Below, piece by piece: positions 52,641-63,855 of a DNA stretch of 64,000 nucleotides. Every line of letters begins with the position of its first letter. Positions within the stretch are counted from its first letter, which is position 1. The notes beneath the pieces are model-generated. The model saw only the letters and a list, made by a program, of their open reading frames with translations. It was not told where the DNA came from and made no database searches. This DNA comes from an uncultured cyanobacterium (GTDB taxonomy: Bacteria > Cyanobacteriota > Cyanobacteriia > Cyanobacteriales > CAWUOF01): NCBI GenBank assembly GCA_963744145.1, contig CAVUSO010000001.1:6048001-6112000 (forward strand), in the 5' to 3' direction. The translations under genes and the position numbers were made by a program.

Positions 52641-53774
52641 ATGAACCAAAATTACAATTTAGAAGCAGAAACCTTTTTTCGTCAAGGGATAGAAAATTTC
52701 GACTCCAGAAACTATGAAATTGCGATCGCCCATTTAGATCGGGCGATCGCGATTAACCCTCACCACAGTGAAGCTTGGAGTTGTCGGGGTTTAGCTTTAG
52801 CACACTTAAATTGTGATCAAGAATCAGTTGCTAGTTTTGATCGAGCAGTCCAACTTAACCCCCGTGCTACTCATGCTTGGTTTAACCGGGGAATTGTCTT
52901 GGATCGGATGGGACGTTATGAAGATGCGATCGCTAGTTTTGAACAGATCATTACTTGGCAACCATATAATTACGAAGCTTTAGCTAGTAAAGGTAATTCC
53001 TTAATCAATTTAGGACGTAATAAAGAAGCGATCATCTGCTATGACCGCGCTTTAGAATTTAATCCTAACTATTATAAAGCTTTAAGTAATCGCGGTAATG
53101 CGCTAGTTAACTTAGGTCGATATAAAGCAGCCATATCTAGTTATGAGAAAGCCCTAAAAATTAATCCCGATGATCCAGAAGTATGGTATAATCGGGGCTG
53201 TATTTTTATGACTACAGAAGAAATTAATAGCGCAATTTATAGCTATAATAAATGTTTAGAACTTAACCCTAATCATGTCAGTTCTTTAATCAATAAAGGG
53301 AATTTACTCTCGGAAATTGGACAACAAAAAGAATCTCTGCTCTGCTACGATAAAGCCGTAGAAATTAACCCAAAAGCAACTCATGCTTGGAATAATCGGG
53401 GATTAGTGCTACGGAGACTCGGACGACCAAAAGAAGCGATCGCTTCATACGATCAAGCAGTAACAGTAGATCCCACTAATTATGAAGCATGGGACAATCG
53501 TGGTTATTGTCTGATCAAAATGCGTAAATATCGGGAAGCATTAGCCAGTATAGACCGTTCCCTTGAAGTTAACCCAAATCATGCCAATGCAATTTATAAT
53601 AAAGGTTACTGCTATGCTATGCAAGGTAAAGTTACTTTAGCCGTAGATTGTCTTGCCCAAGCAATTAAAATGAACTCTGCTAAATACCTACCCTTAGCAA
53701 AAACCGACCCCGATTTAGACTCACTTCGCAAAAATAAGCGATTTCAAGCTTTGCTGAATGGTGCAAATATATAA
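52641..53774 (+). CDS. TPR repeat protein
   Basis: About 10 canonical TPRs (AW.NRG..L..LGR..EAI.SYD.A) and a C-terminal AKTDPDLDSLR cap. Confidence 0.92.
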   Translation: MNQNYNLEAETFFRQGIENFDSRNYEIAIAHLDRAIAINPHHSEAWSCRGLALAHLNCDQESVASFDRAVQLNPRATHAWFNRGIVLDRMGRYEDAIASFEQIITWQPYNYEALASKGNSLINLGRNKEAIICYDRALEFNPNYYKALSNRGNALVNLGRYKAAISSYEKALKINPDDPEVWYNRGCIFMTTEEINSAIYSYNKCLELNPNHVSSLINKGNLLSEIGQQKESLLCYDKAVEINPKATHAWNNRGLVLRRLGRPKEAIASYDQAVTVDPTNYEAWDNRGYCLIKMRKYREALASIDRSLEVNPNHANAIYNKGYCYAMQGKVTLAVDCLAQAIKMNSAKYLPLAKTDPDLDSLRKNKRFQALLNGANI

Positions 53775-53810
53775 CGCAATTATTTTACACATTCTCACCA
53801 CTTTTTGATG

Positions 53811-54260
53811 CTAATCTGATTGACTTTTAGCGGCTTGAGCATTTAGTCTTTGGTTTAACTCCCTAGTCCGTCGGGAAAGGAGACGAATAATATTCACCGC
53901 AATTCCAGGAGTTTCATCGATCGCATCATAGAGTTGCTGTTGTGTGAGCATTAAACATTCACAGTTTTCCAAAGTAGTCACAGTAGCTGAACGGGGTTCA
54001 GCATCAAACAAAGACATTTCTCCAAAACAAGCACCCTGATCTAATTGAGCTAGCTCCCGCTCCGCAATGTGAACTTTAACCCTACCAGAAACAACGATAT
54101 AAAGCGATCGTCCTTCCTGTCCTTCAGTAAAAATTGGGTGGTTAGTGGGAAAAGACAGCTCATCCATCACCGAAGCAAGACGAACTAGGAAGTCATCCCG
54201 TAATTCTTTAAAAATCGGGACTCCTCGGACAAACAATAGGCGTTCAACGCTAGTTAGCAT
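53811..54260 (-). CDS. cyclic nucleotide-binding domain protein
   Basis: IFTEGQEG.SLYIV.SG.V and FGEMSL....RSATV. Confidence 0.9.
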   Translation of the reverse strand: MLTSVERLLFVRGVPIFKELRDDFLVRLASVMDELSFPTNHPIFTEGQEGRSLYIVVSGRVKVHIAERELAQLDQGACFGEMSLFDAEPRSATVTTLENCECLMLTQQQLYDAIDETPGIAVNIIRLLSRRTRELNQRLNAQAAKSQSD

Positions 54261-54271
54261 AATAAATAAAG

Positions 54272-57200
54272 TTAAGTAGTCTCAAATCCAGCTAGTCCAG
54301 GAAAATCTAGAGGAGGATTTCCGGATCGGGGTGGTTGATTAGTCCGTTTTGGCGAATCTGAACTTAATTCTGCCACTAACTGTTGAACTTGAGCCGTCAC
54401 TAAGCGATCTGGATCTTTTTTCAACAGTGGTAAAAGTTTCATGAGCGCTCGGGGTGAGACCACCTTCAGATAAGCTAATACAGCTTCCCGCACAAAACCA
54501 CAGGGATGACGTAAACAAGCCAGGATTTGGTCTGCGGTCAATCCCCAACGAGCCAAACGTGCGATATGAAAACAACAAGCTAAGGGCCAATCCGAGAGAA
54601 AATGGCGTAAATCTAACAAATGACGAATCCGATCTAGGGGATTCATGGGTCGATATACCATCAGCTCTCCCAGACTTTGGATTTTTTCTTGGTAAGACAA
54701 TAATTCCCGCTCTCGACTTTGATCCATCCGATCTAAAATCCTGAGTAAAGCTCTTTTACTGGGAATATCCACAACATTATCCAAAATTTCTAACCCTCGG
54801 GCCATATTGCTTTGAGAATCTGACTGTAAATTGAAAGCAGCTGCTTGGACACTATTGAGAGGATACAGAAACTTCATCAATAGAAATAATCTATCAATCC
54901 CATCTGATTCTAGATCCCGTAGCGATCGCCTAAACAATTCAGCTTCTCGCCCTTCGATCACATCTATATTTAGATCTACTAACGCCGCATAAATTTGCCC
55001 CATAAACATCAATTCTTGGTCAATTAACGTTTCCACCCCACTGCGTCCAAACCGATCTAGCACACCTTCAATTCCTACTTCTCCCGGCATTTTCACTAAG
55101 ATCCGCAGAATATTACGCCTGGTCGTTCCCCAAGAGGTAATTAAATGGGATGCCAAAACCGCGATCGCTTCCGGTGTGCCAATTTGACCAATTGCCATCC
55201 AAGCATACATTCTGACAAAATCTGGTTTCTGAATATCTTCTGCCAAATCAACTAGGAGGGGAATTGCATCATTTTGGAGACGCACTAAAGCTTGCATAGC
55301 CGCTTCCCGGGTTGGTTTATAATAAAGTCCTCGCAACAGAGCCGAGTAATATTCGTCTAAATGAGCCGAAGCAATCACATCCAATAGAGCAGAGCGCACT
55401 CGTAACGAATCATCCTGCAATAGAGTCGGGATATGAATCCGCAATGCTTGCAAATAATCAGCATCCCCCATTGCTCTTGTACCCATGACTCGTTCCTGTT
55501 CGCGAGCAGAAGTTAACATCCTGCGGAGAGCATTAGTTGCTTCAGCTTTTTGGTCTCGATTACCAACCCGCATAATCAGAGAAGCTGCGGTCCCACGAAC
55601 AATCGGATCTACTTCTGGCTGTAGATAAGGACGCAATTGGTAAATATCCGGCTTTTCCTCCGTCAACCAGATATAACGTAGAGCTAAAGCTAATACCTCC
55701 GGAGAAACTGGTTGATCGATCAAGGCTCGAACTTCATTTAAATAAGCATCATTGCGATCATTTAACATGGTTTCGAGACTTTGACGCTGCAAAGCTGGTG
55801 GTAAATTAACCAGCAAAGGTGCCAGAACTTCGCTGACATGATGAGGATCGATTTGGGTGAGGAGTTCAATACAGGAGCGTTTATCATCTTCGCTACCTGG
55901 TTGTTCTAATTTCTCTAGCACAGTACGTTTCAGTACCCGCATATCAACATCAGAAACTCCTAATCTTCCCCGTTCGGCACTAGAAACTAATAAACCGACA
56001 TATCTAGAACGTAGCAACCAGATTATTAACAGCCAACCTAAAGCGAGGAGGACGATTATGCCAACAAATATTAACTCCTGAAATTTATCTAAATAGTCTT
56101 TCTTTAAATGAGTAAATCGGGATAGCCAAATAATTGCTAAAATGCCAAAGCCAGTTAAACCAGTCGCTAAAGGTTCAGCTACACCATTTACCAAAGCTTG
56201 AACTCCTGAGCGAATTCGGTCAGGAATGGGTTGGAATAAAATCGATCCGGTCGATTCATTCAGAGTGTGGTGTAATAATTCATCTATAAATCTGAGAATG
56301 ACAAAACCAGCAAAAAACTTAAAGTCTGGTACTAAAGAACTAATAAAAGACATGATTCCCAACAGAGCAATCCCTGCGGGGAGGACCATTGCGGTAACAA
56401 ATACACCGATCCTTTCTACTAATCGACTGGAAGCAAACCATTGAGTAGCCACTTCAAACAGACCTAGTGTGCCATTGAAGAAGCCTAAAAATGTAGCTAT
56501 GCCACCAGCACCAGGTGAGTTTTCTTTTACCTGGGCCAGGAATTGGAAATCGATTAATGTATACAATACTTCAGCAATTACAAAAAATGTCACCAAGGGG
56601 ATGATGTAACGCTGAAATGGTCCTTTGAGCCGCCTGGTGGCAAAATCCGGTTGCTCATCTTCAGCTACCCAACGGGAAGAGTCTGGAAATGCTTGCTTAT
56701 ATTTCCGGCTCAAATAAAGTAGCCCTCCGGCTCCGAGCAGGATCATCAAACCAGATAGCACCGTGACGTTATTCAGACCCACTGATTTTAACAATAGGGG
56801 TAGGGAAAAACCGCTGAGTACATCCGCCACTAGCAAACCGCTACTGACTAGAGGATAAGTCCGCTTAATTTCCCGAATGTTAAATAGTTGATTGGCTGTA
56901 ATTGACGTATTTAGATCATTAAGAACATAACAAGCCAACATCCACAGCCACATCATAAAAACTGTAATTCCAGCTAATGTAATGCCCGCAATCTTGACAT
57001 ATCCAAACCAAAGACCAACTCGAAATAAAAGCAAAGGTGTCGCCATTAATATGGCTACGCCCACAATGACGCGACGCAGAGGGAGGATTTTTTGGAGCCA
57101 AGAATAAATAAATCCTAAGCTCGAACCAATTCCAGCACTAGCAATATAAATTAAAGGTAGTTTATCTGGTCCGTACTCATCTAAAAACAGCCCAGCAGTA

Positions 57201-57352
57201 CTCATCTCCAGCCAGAGCAATCCGACTGAGGTGATGGTGTAGATTACGAACATTAGCAATGTCCGCTCACCTTCCTCAGGGCGGAGATTGATCCACCGCA
57301 GCAATTCCCGACCTAAAGCTATTTTCGTAAACCACTGATTTTTCAGTTCCAT
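54272..57352 (-). CDS. MFS/Npt-like membrane transporter domain fused to HEAT repeats
   Basis: About 12 TM segments with QLFNIREIKR.YP, followed by HEAT repeats. The adjacent cNMP gene corresponds to the third domain of known Npt-HEAT-cNMP fusions. Confidence 0.8.
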   Translation of the reverse strand: MELKNQWFTKIALGRELLRWINLRPEEGERTLLMFVIYTITSVGLLWLEMSTAGLFLDEYGPDKLPLIYIASAGIGSSLGFIYSWLQKILPLRRVIVGVAILMATPLLLFRVGLWFGYVKIAGITLAGITVFMMWLWMLACYVLNDLNTSITANQLFNIREIKRTYPLVSSGLLVADVLSGFSLPLLLKSVGLNNVTVLSGLMILLGAGGLLYLSRKYKQAFPDSSRWVAEDEQPDFATRRLKGPFQRYIIPLVTFFVIAEVLYTLIDFQFLAQVKENSPGAGGIATFLGFFNGTLGLFEVATQWFASSRLVERIGVFVTAMVLPAGIALLGIMSFISSLVPDFKFFAGFVILRFIDELLHHTLNESTGSILFQPIPDRIRSGVQALVNGVAEPLATGLTGFGILAIIWLSRFTHLKKDYLDKFQELIFVGIIVLLALGWLLIIWLLRSRYVGLLVSSAERGRLGVSDVDMRVLKRTVLEKLEQPGSEDDKRSCIELLTQIDPHHVSEVLAPLLVNLPPALQRQSLETMLNDRNDAYLNEVRALIDQPVSPEVLALALRYIWLTEEKPDIYQLRPYLQPEVDPIVRGTAASLIMRVGNRDQKAEATNALRRMLTSAREQERVMGTRAMGDADYLQALRIHIPTLLQDDSLRVRSALLDVIASAHLDEYYSALLRGLYYKPTREAAMQALVRLQNDAIPLLVDLAEDIQKPDFVRMYAWMAIGQIGTPEAIAVLASHLITSWGTTRRNILRILVKMPGEVGIEGVLDRFGRSGVETLIDQELMFMGQIYAALVDLNIDVIEGREAELFRRSLRDLESDGIDRLFLLMKFLYPLNSVQAAAFNLQSDSQSNMARGLEILDNVVDIPSKRALLRILDRMDQSRERELLSYQEKIQSLGELMVYRPMNPLDRIRHLLDLRHFLSDWPLACCFHIARLARWGLTADQILACLRHPCGFVREAVLAYLKVVSPRALMKLLPLLKKDPDRLVTAQVQQLVAELSSDSPKRTNQPPRSGNPPLDFPGLAGFETT

Positions 57353-57744
57353 GCAGTGTAGATTTCCCCTGTCATAGCTGTCCGATGATTCTGTTTAATA
57401 AACAGGATTGGCTGGCAATCTCAGGCTAAAAACTACGGTGTAGAAACCGGGCGCACCCATAAATGTCCTGACTATTTGCTCTATTGAGTCTCCAAGATAG
57501 TAATCTTGTCCCTTTTTGACCAGCGAGCTTTTCTGCCATTATCCTACCCTTTCTCCCAAATATTTTCCTTTTCTTTGCTAAACTTTAGCCAAAAAGAAAA
57601 GAGGAAGGCAGATTTTGGTTCAGCCGGGGCGGGACTAAATCAATTTTTTCCGTTTTCTACCTTCCCCCTGCTCAAACTGCCGAATCCAGATCAGCGTTTA
57701 ATATGTTGTGAGCTTGAACTCCTCAAGAAATGCTGACTACATCG

Positions 57745-58278
57745 CTATTTTTTCGGAGAAAGCAACATCATCATACTACGACCCTCTTTTTTCGGAGCTT
57801 GCTGGACTTCAGCCATTTCCTGCAAGTCATTGGCCATACGCTTGAGCAATTCTTCGGCTAAATCACTATGTTGAATTTCCCGTCCGCGGAACATAATGGT
57901 TGCTTTCACCTTATCTCCCGCTTTGAGAAAGCGTTCCGCTTGATTAATCCGCACTTGATAGTCGTGCTCTTCAATCTTGTAGCGCATTTTCACTTCCTTG
58001 ACGTCAGCGGTATGCTGCTTTTTCTTAGCTTCCCGTGCTTTTTTCTCTTGTTCAAATTTAAATTTGCCGTAGTCCATAATCCGACAAACGGGTGGATCTG
58101 CCTTGTCACTCACCAAGACTAAATCCAATTCTTTTTCCACAGCAATCCGCTGGGCTTCCTGAGGAGTCAGAATTCCCAATTGTGCGCCATCGGTATCAAT
58201 CACCCGAATTTTCGGAAAGCGAATCAGTTCGTTAATTTGGGGTAAATTTCGATTTTGTCTTTTGTCAATCACAGGCAT
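57745..58278 (-). CDS. infC: translation initiation factor IF-3
   Basis: INE.IR...[25 protein letters not shown] and FRGRE. Confidence 0.97.
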   Translation of the reverse strand: MPVIDKRQNRNLPQINELIRFPKIRVIDTDGAQLGILTPQEAQRIAVEKELDLVLVSDKADPPVCRIMDYGKFKFEQEKKAREAKKKQHTADVKEVKMRYKIEEHDYQVRINQAERFLKAGDKVKATIMFRGREIQHSDLAEELLKRMANDLQEMAEVQQAPKKEGRSMMMLLSPKK

Positions 58279-58787
58279 TAATGTTTAGGGAGGAATTTGG
58301 TGAACAACTTGGTCTTATGCTTGAGTTAGTTTGGGCGGCTACTATTGAGCGCCTTTCCTCAAGTCCTAAGCCCACTTAAACAATGGTTAAGTAATGGGCC
58401 TGCTCATCGACAGCGCTCAAGTCGTCAATCCATCAAAAAATAGCTAGTAAACTTGTACTTGCCATTCTACTCAGTTTGATTAGTTTTTTGTCTACTAATC
58501 AGCTAAAATCTTTACCTCATTGACTCAATTGTCGTCCATTGTCCCACATTCCCTCAGCGATCGGCTTTCCCTTTTTGGCAACTTTCTCCTCTATAGTTAA
58601 CGTCTGAGTGATTATTTTGACGATTTCGATCGCATCAGATCATTTCACCTCTAACCGAGATTATGCTGTTTTATCTATGTCCTCGGCTAATTATCAGGCC
58701 ATTTAATTGCGGGTTGGTTCCTAGAGATGTTAAGCTCACACCTCGAAATGATGTACTTTCTGCGCTAATGGTCTAATAATTACCAAA

Positions 58788-60632
58788 ATGTCCAATAGCA
58801 TCAGATTGGGAAAAAAGAAATGGGGTAAAACGATTGTGAGATGTTCCTGGTTACTATCAAGTTTTTTGAGTATGATGTTGCTTGGCTCGCCAGCCCAAGC
58901 AGCGAAACTATTATCTTGGCGTTTTGATGTCCAAAGTAGTCAATTATCTTTTACTACTGATAGTGGTGTTCAACCAAAAGCACAACTATTATTTAATCCC
59001 ACCCGGATCGTGATTGATTTGCCTGGTGTAACGATTGATAGTCCGATTGATGATCAGTCAATTGGTGGGGCAATTCGTGACATTCGCATTGGACAGTTTG
59101 AACCCCAAATAGCGCGTTTGGTAATTGAATATAATCCGGGATATGCGGTAGACCCTCAGCAAGTAAAATTCCAGGGAATTTCTACCAGGGAATGGCAAGT
59201 CCGATTACCAACTTTCTCAGGTAGTCCCAATCAGTCCAATCCTGTCACCCTCACCCCAACCCAAACGACCACCCCAGTCCCACCCAATCCTGACCTACCC
59301 CCGAGTCAAAGTCCATCCCTCCCACCAGACACACCCAATCAACTTCAAAATCTCCAAACTACGGAAGATGGTTTTTTTATCCGTACTCTTGGTCAGACAC
59401 CAGAAATCGTCTCTTTTCGGAGTCGCGATCGCCAATCAATTATTTTTGACATCCGTGGTACAGTTTTAGCTCCGACGATCCAATCCCAAGAGTTCTTCGT
59501 CAATCGTCATGGAGTCACGCGGATTGAGTTCAAACAAGTCCAAACTTCCTCTCCCGTAGCTAGGATAATTTTAGATGTTGCCCCCAATAGTCCCGATTGG
59601 CAAGCATCTTTTAGTAGTTTAGGCGGAATTGTCCTACTCCCTCAAACAGGTACAGGTAGTCTCAATCCCCAACCCAATCAAAATCCAATTTCCACTGGAC
59701 TAACTACCATCCAATCTGTTGATCTGATTGCTAATGGCACCCAACTTGTGATCCAGGGCAATCAACCCTTACTTTATACCAGTGGTTGGGAACCTGGTCA
59801 TGGAACTTATCGGATTGTGATTGCTCATGCTCAACTTGGAGAAGGCATCAGAAAACTGCAAACCAATGTGAGTGGCAATCTGTTATCATTACGTTTAGGG
59901 CAAGAAGACCCTCAGAACGTGGTCATTCTGATGCAGCCGGCGACCGGAGTCCAGATTAGACCCTTAGATCAACCCAATCATCAAAGTATATTTTTCCAAC
60001 TGCAACGCTTGAGCTTAGTCCCACCAGAGCTTAGTCCTGATCAAAATCGACCACCAGTTGAAAATAACCCCCTCAACCCTCCGATCAAACCTCACAATGG
60101 TAGGCTAGTTGTGATTATTGATCCTGGACATGGTGGTAACGATCCTGGAGCTGTTGGGATTGGAGGTTTGCGAGAAAAGGACATTGTCTTAGATATCGGA
60201 AAACAGGTAACTACCCTATTAGAACAACAGGGAGTACAAGCAATTTTAACCCGCCAAGATGACCAGGAAATTGACTTAGAACCAAGAGTCCAGCTCGCTG
60301 AACGAGTCAATGCCACTATATTTGTCAGTATTCACGCTAATGCCATCGATCTATCTCGCCCGGATATTAGCGGACTGGAGACGTATTATTACGCTAGTGG
60401 CGATCGCTTGGCGGCAACTGTCCACCGCAGCATTCTCCAGAGTATAGATATTCCTGACCGTCATATCAGACAAGCTAATTTCTATGTACTCCGCAGAACT
60501 TCTATGCCCGCAATTTTGGTAGAAGTTGGTTTTGTTACTGGTCGTGATGATGCGGAACACTTATCAAATCCAGCTTACCGGACTCGCATGGCAGAAGCGA
60601 TCGCCCGTGGAATTTTACAATATCTTCGATAA
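58788..60632 (+). CDS. amiC: N-acetylmuramoyl-L-alanine amidase with AMIN domains (AmiC-like)
   Basis: Signal peptide, NPTRIVIDLP (AMIN), IDPGHGG.DPGA, FVSIHAN and PAILVEVGF. The start is uncertain. Confidence 0.9.
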   Translation: MSNSIRLGKKKWGKTIVRCSWLLSSFLSMMLLGSPAQAAKLLSWRFDVQSSQLSFTTDSGVQPKAQLLFNPTRIVIDLPGVTIDSPIDDQSIGGAIRDIRIGQFEPQIARLVIEYNPGYAVDPQQVKFQGISTREWQVRLPTFSGSPNQSNPVTLTPTQTTTPVPPNPDLPPSQSPSLPPDTPNQLQNLQTTEDGFFIRTLGQTPEIVSFRSRDRQSIIFDIRGTVLAPTIQSQEFFVNRHGVTRIEFKQVQTSSPVARIILDVAPNSPDWQASFSSLGGIVLLPQTGTGSLNPQPNQNPISTGLTTIQSVDLIANGTQLVIQGNQPLLYTSGWEPGHGTYRIVIAHAQLGEGIRKLQTNVSGNLLSLRLGQEDPQNVVILMQPATGVQIRPLDQPNHQSIFFQLQRLSLVPPELSPDQNRPPVENNPLNPPIKPHNGRLVVIIDPGHGGNDPGAVGIGGLREKDIVLDIGKQVTTLLEQQGVQAILTRQDDQEIDLEPRVQLAERVNATIFVSIHANAIDLSRPDISGLETYYYASGDRLAATVHRSILQSIDIPDRHIRQANFYVLRRTSMPAILVEVGFVTGRDDAEHLSNPAYRTRMAEAIARGILQYLR

Positions 60633-60654
60633 ACGGTCTGAATCCAAATTAGCA

Positions 60655-61530
60655 ATGAATTCATCTAAACACCCCAGTCCTGAATCCTTTCCTTCGACCT
60701 CCCTGACCCGCGCTCCGATCGGTATTTTTGATAGTGGAATTGGTGGACTAACAGTTTTACGAGAGCTATACCAGCAGTTGCCTAATGAATCTATTCTTTA
60801 TTTTGGTGATACTGCCCGCTTGCCCTACGGTAATCGGTCACGGGCAGAAATTATCGAATTTGTGAGGGAAATTCTCACTTGGATGGTGCAGCAGGGCGTG
60901 AAAATGGTGATTATGGCTTGTAATACCAGTTCCGCCCTGGCTTTAGAAACAGTGCGATCGGAATTCTCGCTCCCGATTCTGGGCTTGATTTTGCCCGGAG
61001 CTCGCGCGGCGGTTCGGCAAGGTCGTCGCATTGGGGTCATTGCTACCCCAGCAACTGCGGCTAGTAATGCCTACCGTCGCGCTATTTTAGAAATTGACTC
61101 TCAATGTCAGGTCTGGCAAGTGGGATGTCCGGAATTTGTGCCTTTAATTGAACAAGGTCGAATCGATGACCCTGTTACTGATGAAGTGGCCAGAGAATAT
61201 TTGGCTCCGCTCATGCAACAACAGATTGATACTTTGGTTTATGGTTGTACTCATTATCCCCACTTAGAGCCCGTACTACGCACCATCCTACCTCAATCCA
61301 TCCATTTAGTTGATCCGGCTGTTCATCTGGTAGCCGCCTCAGCTCAGGAATTGGATCTGCTGGGATTAAAAAATACTCATACAGCTCTACCTACCCGTTT
61401 TTGCGTGAGCGGTTGTCCCAAACAGTTCGCCCATCTTTCGATCCGGTGGCTCGGTTGCACTCCGATCGTCGAAAAAATTTCTTTGACTACGGTGCAACCT
61501 CAACCTATTCCCTTACCTTCTCCTGATTAA
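60655..61530 (+). CDS. murI: glutamate racemase
   Basis: IGIFDSGIGGLTV, GDTARLPYG, ACNTSS and GCTHYP. Confidence 0.96.
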   Translation: MNSSKHPSPESFPSTSLTRAPIGIFDSGIGGLTVLRELYQQLPNESILYFGDTARLPYGNRSRAEIIEFVREILTWMVQQGVKMVIMACNTSSALALETVRSEFSLPILGLILPGARAAVRQGRRIGVIATPATAASNAYRRAILEIDSQCQVWQVGCPEFVPLIEQGRIDDPVTDEVAREYLAPLMQQQIDTLVYGCTHYPHLEPVLRTILPQSIHLVDPAVHLVAASAQELDLLGLKNTHTALPTRFCVSGCPKQFAHLSIRWLGCTPIVEKISLTTVQPQPIPLPSPD

Positions 61531-61571
61531 ACCTAGAACTAGCGGATTGGCCGACACACATCCCCCGATGT

Positions 61572-61691
61572 TTAACCTTGAGGATGTCGCCATGCTTGAG
61601 CTCGTTCGGCCAACATTAACAGCAGATAAATCATTAACAAATAACCCGTTGCCAGAATCGGAATAATTAAAGGCAGATTATGATCAGTCAT
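61572..61691 (-). CDS. candidate 39-aa single-TM microprotein (not in ORF track)
   Basis: MTDHNLPLIIPILATGYLLMIYLLLMLAERAQAWRHPQG* lies in the murI-sds gap. Confidence 0.4.
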   Translation of the reverse strand: MTDHNLPLIIPILATGYLLMIYLLLMLAERAQAWRHPQG

Positions 61692-61812
61692 AGTGGGGTC
61701 AGCAGTAGGTAGGAATTTTAAAATCTAAAAATTGCCATATCCGTAGCGTCAGTAATACATCGCTAATAATTTAGCTCTGTCTACTGTCGCTTTCATCACA
61801 GCTAGAGGTTTA

Positions 61813-61855
61813 CCCTGAGCGAAGTCGAATGGGTTCCCTGAGCGAAGTCGAAGGG
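61813..61855 (+). repeat. tandem small dispersed repeat CCCTGAGCGAAGTCGAA(T)GGG x2
   Basis: Same family as the copies nested at about 47618-47685. Confidence 0.75.
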
Positions 61856-62382
61856 CGATAGAATATTGCTAGGGGATTGTCTGAAACGCTAGGAACTTAC
61901 CCCAGGTAATTGATTTTGCACAAAGCAAACACTACCTCGGTTGATCTTATTGTTTCACTAGAAAAAATTCGGAACAGCCTCCAAACTTTTTCTGGTCAAA
62001 CCTTAACTTGGCCCATCAATCACCGAAAAGGACTTGGATCGTAGTTCGATCCGCAGTAGATTGGATTATGGAATTGTTGAAATTCTTACTAACTAAGATA
62101 ACACAGAAAAATTGATAGTGACAGGGATTTTTAAAAATTCCTCAATAAATTGTTACAATTAGTCACAATGGCTAAAATCCTCTCAGTTAAAAGGTTTTTA
62201 GCCACCTAGAGCTAGGGCAATCTGGAGATTTGTGGAAAAAAAGGGGGTTGTGTGGAAAAAAAAGATCAAGATTGTGAGAAGGGATAGCTAACTAGACGAT
62301 TAAGCTTTTGGGAGAAGGTTAGCTTAAAATAAAGACCAGATTTGTAAACTTTCGTAACTATATAGCCTGAGTCGGCTGATCC

Positions 62383-63354
62383 ATGACCTCAGTGACATCC
62401 CTCTTTTCCCCGATTGAAGCAGACCTACGCTTGCTCACAGACAATCTGAAAAAGTTAGTAGGGGCTCGTCACCCGATCCTATATGCGGCGGCAGAACATT
62501 TATTTGGCGCTACTGGGAAGCAGTTGAGACCAGCAATTGTGCTACTGCTAGCCCGAGCTACAATGATCGACCAAGAAATTACGCCGCGTCACCGTCGGTT
62601 GGCAGAAATTACCGAAATGATTCATACCGCTAGTTTAGTCCATGACGACGTAGTAGACGAATCAGAACTACGTCGAGGAGTATCTACCGTCCACAGTCGA
62701 TTTGGTAATCGAGTAGCAGTATTAGCAGGAGATTTTCTCTTTGCCCAAGCTTCCTGGTATTTGGCCAATTTAGATAATCTGGCTGTAGTCAAATTGTTGT
62801 CAGAAGTAATTATGGATTTAGCTGAAGGAGAAATTCAGCAAGGACTAAACCGATTTAACAGTAATTTATCCCTGGAGGAGTATCTGGAAAAGAGCTACTA
62901 CAAAACTGCTTCATTAATTGCTAATAGTGCCAAAGCCACAGGATTAATTAGTGGAGTAGAACCAGAAATTGCGGAAAACTTGTACAATTACGGGCGTTAT
63001 ATTGGGTTAGCTTTTCAAATAGTCGATGATATTTTAGATTTCACCGCTTCCACCGAAGTATTGGGCAAACCAGCCGGTTCAGATCTCAAAAGCGGCAATT
63101 TAACTGCCCCGGCTTTATTTGCTTTAGCAGAAAAACCTTATTTAGAAGGGTTAATTGAGCGGGAATTTGGTGAAGTAACAGATTTGCCAGAAGCGATCGC
63201 CCTGATTAGCGCCAGTCAGGCGTTTGAGCGATCGCGAGAATTAGCAAAAAAATATGCCCAATTAGCTGTGGAGAACTTAGCTAACCTCCCACCGACAGAA
63301 TCACGTCAAGCTTTGAGCGACTTAGCCGACTATATATTGAGCCGTCTGAATTAA
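62383..63354 (+). CDS. sds: solanesyl diphosphate synthase
   Basis: GK.LRP, HTASLVHDDVVD...RRG, KTASL and FQIVDDILD. Confidence 0.93.
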   Translation: MTSVTSLFSPIEADLRLLTDNLKKLVGARHPILYAAAEHLFGATGKQLRPAIVLLLARATMIDQEITPRHRRLAEITEMIHTASLVHDDVVDESELRRGVSTVHSRFGNRVAVLAGDFLFAQASWYLANLDNLAVVKLLSEVIMDLAEGEIQQGLNRFNSNLSLEEYLEKSYYKTASLIANSAKATGLISGVEPEIAENLYNYGRYIGLAFQIVDDILDFTASTEVLGKPAGSDLKSGNLTAPALFALAEKPYLEGLIEREFGEVTDLPEAIALISASQAFERSRELAKKYAQLAVENLANLPPTESRQALSDLADYILSRLN

Positions 63355-63363
63355 AACACAGTC

Positions 63364-63855
63364 TTAGGCTAAATTTGGGGGCAAATAAGTGAACTGAGAT
63401 GGAGGAGGTGAGAGCAGTTGTTGTAACTGGGACTGAATTAAATTTTGCAAATCTTGACGACGGACTTCTGTCCCAGCGGTAATTTGGCCAGGTGTTTCAA
63501 AAAAAACCAGACTATCAACCTGTTCTAAGGCCAAAAACTGAAACAAAATGTGAGTAACTAACACCATCGTCACGATTATTTCCGGACTCCCAGGAACTGA
63601 AATACTATCTTTGGCGTCTTTAAGAGTGGGAAAAGCATAAATTACGTTTTTTTCGAGCCCTGGTTGAGCCCGATTACTTAAAGTAGTAGTAAGCCAACCT
63701 TGGTTTAGTCCTTGGAGGATATAGTATTGAGGATGGCGCAACTGGGTAGCAAGCTGCTTGAGCGCAGGTGCGATCGCCTCGACCAATTGAGGTGTACTGC
63801 CATCCGAGGGCGCATCAGAAATTAAGATGGAAATCTGCTCATCTAAGTTCATCAT
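63364..63855 (-). CDS. conserved cyanobacterial hypothetical protein
   Basis: 163-aa ORF (LI.DAP.DG.TP, YYILQ, VIYAF, HILFQ). Confidence 0.7.
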   Translation of the reverse strand: MMNLDEQISILISDAPSDGSTPQLVEAIAPALKQLATQLRHPQYYILQGLNQGWLTTTLSNRAQPGLEKNVIYAFPTLKDAKDSISVPGSPEIIVTMVLVTHILFQFLALEQVDSLVFFETPGQITAGTEVRRQDLQNLIQSQLQQLLSPPPSQFTYLPPNLA

